Assembly (NCBI RefSeq): GCF_018350175.1
Contig: NC_058377.1
Location: 15,934,001-15,998,000, forward strand
Direction of reading: 5' to 3'
Source: Felis catus
Taxonomy: Eukaryota
Length of the DNA stretch: 64,000 nt
The notes under the pieces were generated by a model. That model had not been told where the DNA came from, ran no database searches, and worked only from the letters and a program-made list of their open reading frames with translations. The translations under genes were made by a program, and so were the position numbers. Shown here in pieces: positions 35,201-45,265 of the stretch (position 1 is the stretch's first letter; every line of letters starts with the position of its first letter).

Positions 35201-37807
35201 AGTCGGTTAAGCGTCCGACTTCAGCTCAGGTCACGATCTCGCAGTCCGCGAGTTTGAGCCCCGTGTCGGGCTCTGGGCTGATGGCTCAGAGCCTGGAGCC
35301 TGCTTCCGATTCTGTGTCTCCCTCTCTCTCTGACCCTCCCCCGTTCATGCTGTGTCTCTCTCTGTCTCAAAAATAAATAAATGTTAAAAAAAAATTAAAA
35401 AAGAAAATAATAAGTAAACACTTATAAATAAATACACGAATAATAAAGCGTCATAAACTAGGGCATAGTAATAACCGCTAACATTTTCTGAGCGCTTGTT
35501 AAGTTCCAAGGGCTATATACCAAACACTTGCCAGGAACTTTTTTTTCATCTAACCCTCTCAACAACAATATGCGTTAAGTACTATTTTATTCCCATTTTA
35601 TACAAAAGGAAACAGGGCCTTTGAGAGTTGAAAACACTTCTCACAATCCTCACAGCTAGTAAGTTGCGCGGAGCTGGGACTTGAACCCAGGACTGTCTGA
35701 CTCCAAGGCCTCTATCCATAACCGTCCTCCTTTGCTTGTTGTTACAAACTTTGGAAGGTCCCGCTCCGGCCACGGCAAGCGTGAGCGTAAGAAAGGGAAA
35801 ATCGCCTTTATGTGTTCCTTGCTGGGGTCTGCTGTTCTGTGTCTTCTTTTCCCGGTGATTTCTCTTCTTCTCCCCCTCCCCCTGTCTCCCACAGTGTGTC
35901 AGAACTGCGTGGAGGTGGATACGATGACAGCGGTCGCGATCGTCGTGGCTGATGTCTGTATCACTCTGGGGTTCCTGCTGCTGGTATATTATTGGAGCAA
36001 GAATAAAAAGGCCAGTTCCGTGACCATGATGCGAGGACCAGGTGCAGGCGGCAGGCCCAGGGGTAAGACCGAGGGGTTCAGTCGGAAAAGAGTCCCACCA
36101 AAGGGAAAGTCCAGCCGGGGAGGCAAGTCAAGGCCAGGTCAAGACAGCTCCTATAGAACATTCACCGTGTGGCCAGCATCTGGACGGAGGGGTTCACATC
36201 TCAGATCACTTCTCTTTCCCGTCCTAGGAAAGTACAAAAAGTTTATTAACAGGATGGCTTCCCCAAATGCCTGAGTAACCAAATTCCCCTCCCAGTCTGT
36301 GGGGACAGAGACTTTGGGATACTGGCGCCCGCCTTCTCCTTTCCCCTACCCGTAGGAAAGGAAACACGAAAGGACTTTGAGCTGAGGAAAGTCATAACGT
36401 GATAGACAGTGTGGGGGTCGTTAGAGATGGGATGAAAGGAAGCAAGGGAGGGGCGCCTGGGTGGCGCAGTCGGTTAGGCGTCCGACTTCAGCCAGGTCAC
36501 GATCTCGCGGTCCGGGAGTTCGAGCCCCGCGTCAGGCTCTGGGCTGATAGCTCAGAGCCTGGAGCCTGCTTCCGATTCTGTGTCTCCCTCTCTCTCTGCC
36601 CCTCCCCCGTTCATGCTCTGTCTCTCTCTGTCCCAAAAATAAATAAAATAAAAACATTGAAAAAAAAATTAAAAAAAAAAAAAAAAAGAAAGGAAGCAAG
36701 AGAAAGAACGGCCAAGATGGAAAAAGAGGAGACAGGGACGAGAGAACAGCTCTGGGTCTCGTTGCCACGAGATGGGTGTTCCCTCTGGAAACTAATCCTT
36801 CCCCCACCCCCTCCCCTGCAGGACAAAACAAGGAGAAACCACCACCTGTGCCCAATCCAGACTACGAGGTAACAAGGGACAGAGTGGGGGGGGGGAGCTT
36901 TCTAGGGGAGAAGGCGACAGGTGGGACCGTCTGTCTTGCCCTCCAGACCCTTCGAAGCCCCTCACTCAGAGCTCCAGGACAACCCGCCTTGTGCCCGCCT
37001 GTGCCTCCTTCATGATGGAGCAGGGCCATTTCCAAGGCCGTGTGGCTTCTACAACCATGGCCTGGGGAGGGAAACAGCGCTCCTATTTCTGTGGCTGATT
37101 CGTTAGCACGGGGGAGACCACACCCGCACGTTCTAACATGACACATTCGGGACTGATGTCCCACCTGCACGCACCGGTACCGTCACACCCGTTGTTGAAA
37201 TATCAAAGTACTTCGCTGGTCAACAGCCGCAAGCTTCCTGCCCACCCTGCCCCAACCCACGCACCGCCAGACCTCGCAGCCTCTCCCCCACCAGGCTGCC
37301 TCCCGATCAGACAGCTAGAGAGTTAATGTCTGGCGCGGCAGACCCCCAGCAGGACCGTTCCGACCGGTGGGTGGGTGTGCGCACCACCAGTTGCTAAATA
37401 TTTGGAATAGCACACCTGGACAAGCTCGACAAATATTTATTTATCGAGCAGCAGCCAAGCATGTGGTATATTCGCTGTCGTATGCGTGAGTGACTTCACT
37501 GAATTCCGACAAATGCCCTGAGAGGTGGGTCTTTAGAGTCCCATTTTCGAGATGGGAAAGCTGAGGTTTACGGAAGGCGGCAAGTCTGTTACGGGTGGGT
37601 GCCTGGTTCAGGTGAGAACTTGAGCCTGCCTCCCGACTCCTAGTCCAAGAGTCTTTCCGTTGCACTAAAGCTAGATCTTCAGGGGCCCTTCTTTCTGAGG
37701 AACTACCTCCTGCCACCCTGCTGACTACCACCTCTCTATTCTACCCCCAGCCCATCCGGAAAGGCCAGCAGGATCTGTATTCTGGCCTGAATCAGAGAGG
37801 CATCTGA
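26167..37807 (+). CDS. CD3E: T-cell surface glycoprotein CD3 epsilon chain, spliced CDS: join(26167..26215,28110..28130,30557..30574,33910..33939,34396..34614,35895..36062,36822..36868,37751..37807), 609 nt, 202 aa
   Basis: All junctions GT-AG and in frame. Translation: [54 protein letters not shown]...YYAC...YLYLKARVCQNCVEVD...ADVCITLG(TM Asp)...[28 protein letters not shown]. Has an Ig domain, CxxC stalk, proline-rich sequence and ITAM. An in-frame ATG also lies at 26164. Confidence 0.97.
27331..27354 (+). repeat. G24 homopolymer in CD3E intron 2
   Basis: direct reading. Confidence 0.9.
28110..28130 (+). CDS. CD3E: CD3E exon 3 (21-nt microexon, VGAWGQE)
   Basis: long polypyrimidine tract, ctag|TTGGCGCTTGGGGGCAGGAAG|gtaaga. 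Confidence 0.95.
29893..30071 (+). mobile_element. Young, severely 5'-truncated carnivore L1 3' end in CD3E intron 3
   Basis: CTGAGAACAAACTGAGGGTTGATGGGG...GATGAGCACTGGGTGTTGTATGGAAACCAATTTG plus A-rich tail; perfect 16-bp TSD GAAAATTACATTTTAA at 29877-29892 and 30072-30087. Confidence 0.9.
30557..30574 (+). CDS. CD3E: CD3E exon 4 (18-nt microexon, DNEDPL)
   Basis: tttcag|ACAATGAAGACCCTTTAG|gtaaga; phase 1-1. Confidence 0.9.
   Translation, partial: TMKTL
30901..31120 (+). mobile_element. Young Can-SINE in CD3E intron 4
   Basis: TSD AAAAATGTTCAAAAGGC on both sides. Confidence 0.93.
33910..33939 (+). CDS. CD3E: CD3E exon 5 (30-nt microexon, [10 protein letters not shown])
   Basis: gaag|AGCCATCTCCACAGACATCTGCCTCCGCAC|gtaagt; the only nearby acceptor that keeps frame. 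Confidence 0.85.
34396..34614 (+). CDS. CD3E: CD3E exon 6 (Ig-like domain)
   Basis: [15 protein letters not shown]...SGYYACY...YLYLKAR; ccag|GG acceptor, AG|gtaat donor. Confidence 0.97.
35895..36062 (+). CDS. CD3E: CD3E exon 7 (CxxC stalk, TM helix, basic-rich stretch)
   Basis: VCQNCVEVDTMTAVAIVVADVCITLGFLLLVYYWSKNKKAS...GGRPRG; canonical junctions. Confidence 0.97.
36450..36687 (+). mobile_element. Young Can-SINE in CD3E intron 7
   Basis: TSD GAAAGGAAGCAAG(G/A)GA at 36434-36449 and 36688-36703. Confidence 0.93.
36822..36868 (+). CDS. CD3E: CD3E exon 8 (proline-rich sequence, first ITAM Tyr)
   Basis: [15 protein letters not shown]|gtaac. Confidence 0.97.
37751..37807 (+). CDS. CD3E: CD3E exon 9 coding part (ITAM end, stop)
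   Basis: [21 protein letters not shown] after ccccag acceptor. Confidence 0.97.
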   Translation, partial: [18 protein letters not shown]

Positions 37808-38404
37808 CGGCTCTTGAGGACGCTGCCTCCCACAGGCCCAGGTCTGGCTTCTCCGGGGCCTGCTGTTCCCTGTACCCTGAGTAAATCTTGGACCCCAGAA
37901 GAGAACGGCTCCTCTGCCTTCTGGAGAACTCACACCCTGCAGCCTCCTCCCCAGGTCCTTCCATCCTGCCTTCTCTGTTGGCGCTCAGTCCTAGAATAGC
38001 ACAGGCACTATTCACTATTGTGAAACGTCATGGCTACCCCCCACCCCCCCACCTGGACGGCCCCTTGTCTGGGTATTTATTTCTGTTATTCCCACCCCCA
38101 CCATCACCAGTTCCTTCCTACCCTGCAGGAGAGCCCCCTTCTCCCTTCGCTTCCCCCCTTTCCTGCACAGAAGTTGCCCCCATCCCTAACTATTCCATCT
38201 ACCTTTCCGTTTTCCCAGCTCTCTCTTGGGTGACCCTTTGTGGGGATGGACCGGGTAACTTTGGCAGAGGTCCTGCCCTGTTCGCAGACCCTGGCCCCGA
38301 ACCAGCCCTCTGGGCCCTCCCCCACGTCTTCCCCGCAGGCCCCTGGATGGTCATTTGCATCTGCGTGAATGTGCTAGGCTCCCTGTCAGCTGAGAGAGAA
38401 AAGA

Positions 38405-38410
38405 AATAAA
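38405..38410 (+). terminator. CD3E polyadenylation signal AATAAA
   Basis: First AATAAA after the stop, about 600 nt downstream, followed by GT/T-rich sequence. Confidence 0.8.
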
Positions 38411-38711
38411 GTGTATTTGGCTGAAAGAGTTTCTGTCCCTCTTTTCTGGGAGGCCCTCCGAGGCTGCCTTGTTTCCTCAGGTCCTCCCTGCCTTTGACTA
38501 AATTCCCAGCTATGATCTCAAATGCATGCGGGTGGGGGCATCATCTGACCCTGTCTTTGGAGAGGGCGTTAAGGAAGAAATAAACAAGAGAACGGGAAAG
38601 AAGGGAAAAGACAGTCCCCTGACTAACTTCTCTTGGAGAAAAACATCAAGGATGGCAGAGAGTGGCTGATGGGCCCCGATTGGAGTGGCCAGTTCAGAAA
38701 ACGGAGGGACA

Positions 38712-38940
38712 GGGGCGCCTGGGTGGCACAGTCGGTTAAGCGTCCGACTTCAGCCAGGTCACGATCTCGCGGTCCGTGAGTTCGAGCCCCGCGTCGGTCT
38801 CTAGGCTAATGGCTCAGAGCTTGGAGCCTGTTTCCGATTCTGTGTCTCCCTCTCTCTCTGCTCCTCCCCCGTTCATGCTCTGTCTCTCTCTGTCCCAAAA
38901 ATAAATAAATAAACGTTGAAAAAAAAATTAAAAAAAAAAA
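38712..38940 (+). mobile_element. Young Can-SINE just 3' of CD3E
   Basis: Perfect TSD GAAAACGGAGGGACA at 38697-38711 and 38941-38955. Confidence 0.95.
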
Positions 38941-38959
38941 GAAAACGGAGGGACAGAAG

Positions 38960-39500
38960 CATAAGCCTTCAAAGGCAGGAGAAAGCGGCGGATGGGCAGC
39001 GTGAGGTGTAAGGGGCTGGGGACCCTGATTTCCACAAGCTGCCTGGGAAAGGAAGCCAGGGCTGAGCCCGGCCTACGGGGAAGGATGTGCTGTGGAGCAA
39101 GCAGGCACCCCTCCCTTCACCTTTTGAGCCAGCAGCCAGAAGGCAGCTGCTGTGGTTTGGCTCAGCAGGATGTGGGCTGGGGGGCCCAGTGGGAGGCCTC
39201 GCCCTGACCCAGCACCGAGTGCTCGTCTACACCCGGGCGGTGGAGGCTGGAGCTGTGACAAGCCCCAGCGGGCCCCCTTCTCCCTCTCTGCGCTCAGAAA
39301 CCTCCCTGCTCACCACAGGGCTATTTCTGCGTGTGGCCGTGACCGAAAAGGCCATTCGCGGTTAGCAGCTTGCCACATGGCGTGCACACTCAGCCTCGGC
39401 CGGCTCGTTGGGACCCTGTTACGTGTCGGTCCCTGTTAAAGCGACGGTCCTTTGCCTCTGCACACTCAACACGCAGGCTCACCAGGAGACTCTGTGATGC
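38960..39500. promoter_or_regulatory. Probable CD3E 3' T-cell enhancer (CpG-rich)
   Basis: GC/CpG-rich non-repeat block 0.5-1 kb past the poly(A) signal, the position of the known human CD3E enhancer. Motifs: TCF site TTCAAAG 38968-38974, E-box CAGCTG 39144-39149, RUNX TGTGGT 39151-39156, ETS-RUNX CAGGATGTGG 39166-39175. Confidence 0.6.
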
Positions 39501-40395
39501 CGACCATCCCTAGCTGCTGATCAGCAACCTGGCCCTTGTGTCCCTTGATGACGGACACAGGGAGGTATGGCTCGGGGTGATCCAAGCGATAGCAGCCCAT
39601 GTCTAGTGAACGTTGACTATGCTCTAGAAATCGCCCTTAGGGCCTTCCACGCGTAATCTCGTTTTTAATCCTTTCGACAACTCAACGAGGCAGATAAAAC
39701 AGAGGTTGCCCTGATGGGGTCAGGGGACTCGGAGAGGTTGTTTACTGAAGTTGCACGGCTAGTGAGGGACAGCGCTGGAATGAGCAACCAGGACTGTCCA
39801 ACTCCAACGCTCTGAGCAGCTCCGTGTGCCGGCTGTGACCATAGAAAAGGGCTCGCCATTTTCCCGGCTTAAAAGCTCTGCATTCAATCCTTTAGGTACT
39901 TCTTCAGCGACTGCTTTTCTCACCACTCGTGTGGCCGACCAGCACTGTGCTGAGCGCTAAGGGGATGCAAACAGTTTTTGCCTTCAAGGAGCTTGTGATT
40001 ATAGAAGGGTGGCCAAGAATGCAGAAGGTTGAACACCAACAGGAAAACAAATGAGATTAAGCGAGGGCTGCGGACAGTGTTCCCGGGAGAAGCCGGGAGA
40101 GCTGCCGTGGTAGGGAGAGAGCAACACAGAGAAGAGACCTCGCCTGGGCCTTGAAGGGAAGGATGGGTAGAGCTTGAAGACAGAGCAGAAGGCACTCCAC
40201 TCACTGACGATGAAACAGGTAACCTGGTAAGTAGGCTGTTAGCTATTAAATACGTTGAACTTATATAGTGAAAAACCCTTCCACAGGGGCACCCGGTTGG
40301 CTAAATCAGTTGAGCATCTGACTCTTGATTTCGGCTCAGGTCATGATCTCATGATTATGAGATCGAGCCCCACTTCAGGCTCCATGCCAAGCATG

Positions 40396-40538
40396 NNNNN
40401 NNNNNNNNNNNNNNNNNNNNNNNNNNNNNNNNNNNNNNNNNNNNNNNNNNNNNNNNNNNNNNNNNNNNNNNNNNNNNNNNNNNNNNNNNNNNNNNNNNNN
40501 NNNNNNNNNNNNNNNNNNNNNNNNNNNNNNNNNNNNNN
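40396..40538. other. Assembly gap (N), within a SINE
   Basis: run of n. Confidence 1.
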
Positions 40539-40671
40539 CCAGACCAAGAAGACTTCATTAGTGAAATCTACCAAACATTGAAGGAAAAAATAATACCAAC
40601 TCTATACAAACTCTTCCAGAAAATTGAAGAGGGAATACTTACGGCTCACTCTCTGGAGACCAAACTCATCC

Positions 40672-41120
40672 TGTGTATGGTTAATTTTATGTGTCAACCT
40701 GGCTCAGATATTTGGTCAAACAGACCTGGATATTGCGGTGAAGGTATATGGGGGGATTTATATTTAAATCAGCAGATTCTGAGTAAAGCTGGTTATCCTT
40801 CATAGTGTGGGTGGGTGAGCCTCATCCAATCAGTTGAAGGTCTTACAGAAAAAGCAGACTGAGGTCCCCTGAGGAAGAGAGAAGTCGCCATCTCCAGACT
40901 GCCTTTGGACTCAAGCTGCAACGTCAACTCTTTCCTGGGTCCCCAGCCTCCTGGTTCACTGCCAGCTTTGGACTTGCCAACCTTCGCAATCAAATGAGCC
41001 AATTCCTTAAAATAAGTTCCCGTCTCTGTCTCTTCTCTCTTCCCTCTGTTCCTTCTCTCTCTTCCATCTCCTACATACACATCCTGTTGGTTCTGTTTCT
41101 CTGGAGAAACTTAATGCCAA
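40672..41120 (+). mobile_element. MLT2-like (ERVL) solo LTR nested in L1
   Basis: TGTGTATGGTTAATTTTATGTGTCAACCTGGC...CCTCATCCAATCAGTTGAAGG...TTGGTTCTGTTTCTCTGGAGAA. Confidence 0.8.
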
Positions 41121-44100
41121 ACGCTGATATCAAAACCAGGCAAAGACACTACAAGAAAAACCAAAAAAGCCGGCAGACCAATATCCCCTTGGAATAGACG
41201 CAAGTATTATTCACTAAGTTTTAACAAATTTAATCTAATAATATATAAAAAGAAGAGGGGAGCCTGGCTGGCTCAGTTGGTGGAGGATGCGATTCTTGAT
41301 CTCGGGGTCATGAGCTTGAGCCCCTGCTGGATGTAAAGATTACTAAAAAAAATACATAGGGGCCCCTGGGAGGCTCAGTCGGTTAAGCGTCCGACTTCAG
41401 CTCAGGTCACGATCTCGTGGTCCATGAGTTCAAGACCCGCGTCGGGCTCTGGGCTGATGGCTCAGAGCCTGGAGCCTGCTTCCGATTCTGTGTCTCCCTC
41501 TCTCTCTGCCCCTCCCCCGTTCATGCTCTGTCTCTCTCTGTCTCAAAAATAAATAAACGTTAAAAAAAATTAAAAAAAAATTAAATACATAAATTCAAAA
41601 AATCAACCAACCAACCAACCTATGGCCAATATCACACTTAATGATGAAAGACAATGTTTCCCCCTAAAATCACACATAAGGCAAGAATGTCCTCACTCCG
41701 CGTCTATTCAACATGGTACTTGAGGTAGCCAATGCAATAGGCCAAGAAACAGAAGTAAAATACATCCAGTTTAGAAATCGAATAGTTAAACGGTCCTTAT
41801 TCACAAACACCATGATCATCTGTGTGGAAATTCTGATGAACTTTACAAAAAAAAAAAAAAAAGTTACTAGAATTAATACGTGATCTTAGGAAGTTTTCAA
41901 GGTACAGGATCAGTATACGAAAACAACTGTATTTCTAGATACTATCGGTGAACAGTTGGAAATTGAGATTTTAAAAGTGCCATATACAATAGCGTCAAAA
42001 AATATAAAATACTTAGGGGGTAAATCTGACAAAAGACGTGTTTGTGTATTGGAAGAGTCAGTATCATTAAGAAGTCAATTCTCCCCAAGTTGATCTATAA
42101 ATTCAACAAGATCCAGATCAAAACCCCAGCAGGTGTTCTGTAGTAACTGAGAAGGTAATTCACATGGGACTACAGAGGACCTAGAATAGCCAGATTACTT
42201 TCTTTCAAAGTGGCATCTCAGAGGTGGCTCAGTCGGTTAAGGGTCGAACTTTGGCTCAGGTCATAGTCTCGTGGTTCATGAGTTTGAGCTCCACGTGGGG
42301 CTCCACACGGACAGTGCAGATCCTGTTTGGGATTCTCTCTCTCTCTCTGCCCCTCTCCTACTTGCTCCCACGTGCAAAGTAAATAAGTAAACTTAAAAAA
42401 AAAAAAGTTGCATCTCAGCCATTCCACTCTTGAGTATTTGTCCAACAGAAATAGAAGCATATGAGGGGTGCCTGGGTGGCTCAGTCGGTTAAGCGTCTGA
42501 CTTTGGCTCAGGTCATGATCTCACAATTTGTGGGTCTGAGCCCCACATCGGGCTCTGTGCTGACAGCTCAGAGCCTGGAGCCTGCCTCACATTTTCTCTC
42601 TCTCTCTATCCCTCCCCCGTTCACTCTGTCTCTCTCTCGTTCTCTCTCTCTCTCAGAAATAAATGAACATTAAAATTTTTTTAAAAGGAAATAAAATCAA
42701 ATGACCACACAAGAACTTCTATGGTGACTGGTCATCGTAGCTTTATTTGTAATAGCCCAAACCAGGAAATAACCCAAAAGACTATCAGCAGGTGAGTGGA
42801 TGAACAGGCTGTGGTATATCCATACAATGGAATACTACTGGACAGTAAAAAGCAGTAAACTATTGACTGATGCACCAAGATGTATGAATTTCAAAATAAT
42901 TATGCTCAAGTGTAAGAAGCCAGACCAAAAAAGGGTACATGTTACATTATTACACTCCTATATAAATCTCGAAAAACAAAAACTAACCTATAATGACAGA
43001 AAGCAGATCAGCGGTTGCCTGGAGGGTGGAGGGATAAGGAGAGAAATAAGGGAGGGATTGCATGCAAAGGGGCACAAGGACACTGTTGACGTTGTTGGAT
43101 ATGTTCATTACCTGTCTGTGGTGTTGTATCACAAGTGCATACATATGTCAAAACATCAAACTTTACCCTTTAAATACGTGCAGGTTTCTCATGTCGGTTT
43201 CCCTCAGTAAAGCTATTTTTTCAAAGCACCAAAAAGAGAACCAAAGGGACGCAAGTTTCCAGGAGGGCTCAGGTGGAGGGCAGATTTGTCAACCTTGGCT
43301 TCACACTGAAATCACCTTAAGCCGTTTTTAAAGTCCTGATGCCTTAGCCCAAGATAATCAGAATCTTTGGAGATTCCAAAGTGCAGAGGAGTCCCAAGTG
43401 CACCCAATGTTGAGGACTGGAGAGAGGTATAGGGGGATGTAAGAGCATACGAGGAATACAAGTGTGCAGGGCATGGGAAGGGTACAAGCCTTGGTGCTGT
43501 AGAAGCCACGGTTAAGTTGCCCAAGGCGGAGAGAGCCCAGTGTGAAAGCAGGAGGCGGGTTTCAGAGGACTACGGTAGTAGGGATAGAAAGGGTAGAAAT
43601 AAACCGTAACCATGGTCCAAGCATGTGTAAATTACAAGTTCATTCTGTCGCTAACAAAATTAACATCTGCATATAGCTCGAGAAGATAGTGGGCAGAATC
43701 GTACAGATCCCTGGCTGTGTGGTTGTTAATTCTTTCCTCCTTTGGAAACCCTGGTCTGGGGAACTCCCACTTTTATTAAATTGTCCTGAAGTGCTTCCAA
43801 TTACTCTAACTCAGAGAACAAAAGGGAAGGGTTGCCCTTATGGTGGACAGCAACGAGCATAAGGGCCTCAAAAGAGTCAGTGGCCTCAGCTCTCCCTCTA
43901 AACTAGAGACTCTCTGTACTGGAGGTGCTTCAGAATCACCTGGGGGCCACGTTCTGAGAGGGGGGCCCGAGTGTCTATTTCTTTTTTGATTTTTTTTTTA
44001 CATTTATTTATTTTTGAAAGACAGAGTGAGACAAAGTGAGAGTGGGGAAGAGGCAGAGAGAGAGGAAGACGCAGGATCGGAAGCAGGCTCCAGGCTCCGA

Positions 44101-44362
44101 GCTGTCAGCGCAGAGCCCGACGCGGGGCTCGAACCGACAGACCGTGAGACCATGACCTGAGTCGAAGTCGGACGCTCAACCGACGGAACCACCCAGGCGC
44201 CCCATCGAGCGTCTATACTTTTAATAAATCTCTCAGGCTCCCAAGGTTTCAGAACCACCACTCACCACTAGCTGAAGATGACATGTATTGAAAACATCCC
44301 TGGCCCCTGTCCTCTCTCAAATTCCAGCTTTCCAAGTGGTTGAAGAAGAATAACACATTTGA

Positions 44363-44575
44363 TTTTTTTTTTCAACGTTTATTTATTTTTGGGACAGAGA
44401 GAGACAGAGCATGAACGGGGGAGGGGCAGAGAGAGAGGGAGACACAGAATCGGAAACAGGCTCCAGGCTCTGAGCCATCAGCCCAGAGCCCGACGCGGGG
44501 CTCGAACTCACGGACCGCGAGATCGTGACCTGGCTGAAGTCGGACGCTTAACCGACTGCGCCACCCAGGTGCCCC
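44363..44575 (-). mobile_element. Young Can-SINE 3' of the CD3D enhancer
   Basis: Near-consensus copy; TSD GAATAAC(A/G)CATTTG. Confidence 0.92.
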
Positions 44576-44764
44576 AGGAATAACGCATTTGGATTGCTGA
44601 TGAGCTTCTGATGTTACTCTGTGATGCAGAAGGCAGGGGTGGGACGGGGACAAGTTCTGAGAAGAGGAAGGTGAATGGTATCTTCTATACCGGAGGAAAG
44701 AAAGGGTCCTGAGCAGACCTACATAGAAACCTCCACATCTTGATAAGAAATGGTCTCCTGGGCC

Positions 44765-44860
44765 CTTGATGTTCCCACCTCCTCTGCTTACGATGTCATG
44801 GAAACTTCTGTGTGGCTGAGTCTCTAAACATAGCAGCCCGCCCTCGGCTGTGGTGAGAAA
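44765..44860 (-). promoter_or_regulatory. CD3D 3' enhancer (deltaA element)
   Basis: Minus strand reads AGAAGTTTCCATGACATC (44792-44809), matching the recalled mouse CD3-delta deltaA core with CRE-like TGACATC. Ikaros-type TGGGAA within 44772-44779; RUNX TGTGGT 44849-44854. Confidence 0.75.
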
Positions 44861-45128
44861 GCCAAGGCCTTTAAGGGGTTGCACTAGGGGGCCGGAGGCA
44901 ACAAGTAGCCCTGCACCCAGGGAGCCCACCGGGCAGCAAGCACCAGTGGGCCAGATGCGGGTGGGAGAGTGCCCGTCACACGGTCCATCTGGGGCAGAGG
45001 AATGGAAGCAGTGAAGGAAGGACACAGGTGGCCAGGGAGGGCAAGGGCCCAACTGAGGCAGGACAACTCCCGTGCCTTGCCCGGCAGTCTTGAAAAGTCC
45101 AGGCACCTGCTGAGGGAGAGAAGACATC

Positions 45129-45134
45129 TTTATT
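45129..45134 (-). terminator. CD3D polyadenylation signal AATAAA
   Basis: TTTATT on the plus strand, 65 nt downstream of the CD3D stop. Confidence 0.85.
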
Positions 45135-45199
45135 GGCTGAACAAGGAAAGGAGGTGCAGTCGATGTAGCTGATACTCCTATAAGCCACCAGTCTCCGGT

Positions 45200-45265
45200 T
45201 CACTTCTTCCGAGGCCAGTTTTCACCAAGATGACTGTACTGAGCATCATTCCGATCTCGCAGGGG
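45200..45265 (-). CDS. CD3D: CD3D exon 5 coding part (ITAM end, stop)
   Basis: [24 protein letters not shown]. Confidence 0.95.
   Translation of the reverse strand, partial: PLRDRNDAQYSHLGENWPRKK

Larger units (their letters stand above)
40200..43230 (+). mobile_element. Old L1 ORF2/3' UTR remnant between CD3E and CD3D, interrupted by an LTR and SINEs
   Basis: KEKIIPTLYKLFQKIEEG and LWYIHTMEYY are L1 ORF2 peptides. Confidence 0.85.

Noticed and set aside
35681-36274. 197-aa ORF spanning CD3E exon 7
   Set aside because: Exon 7 plus open flanking intron; begins at TTG inside a MIR-like remnant
44372-45127. Longest ORF in the track (251 aa, minus strand) downstream of CD3D
   Set aside because: It starts at the CD3D poly(A) region, runs through the enhancer and ends in a SINE; no recognisable domain
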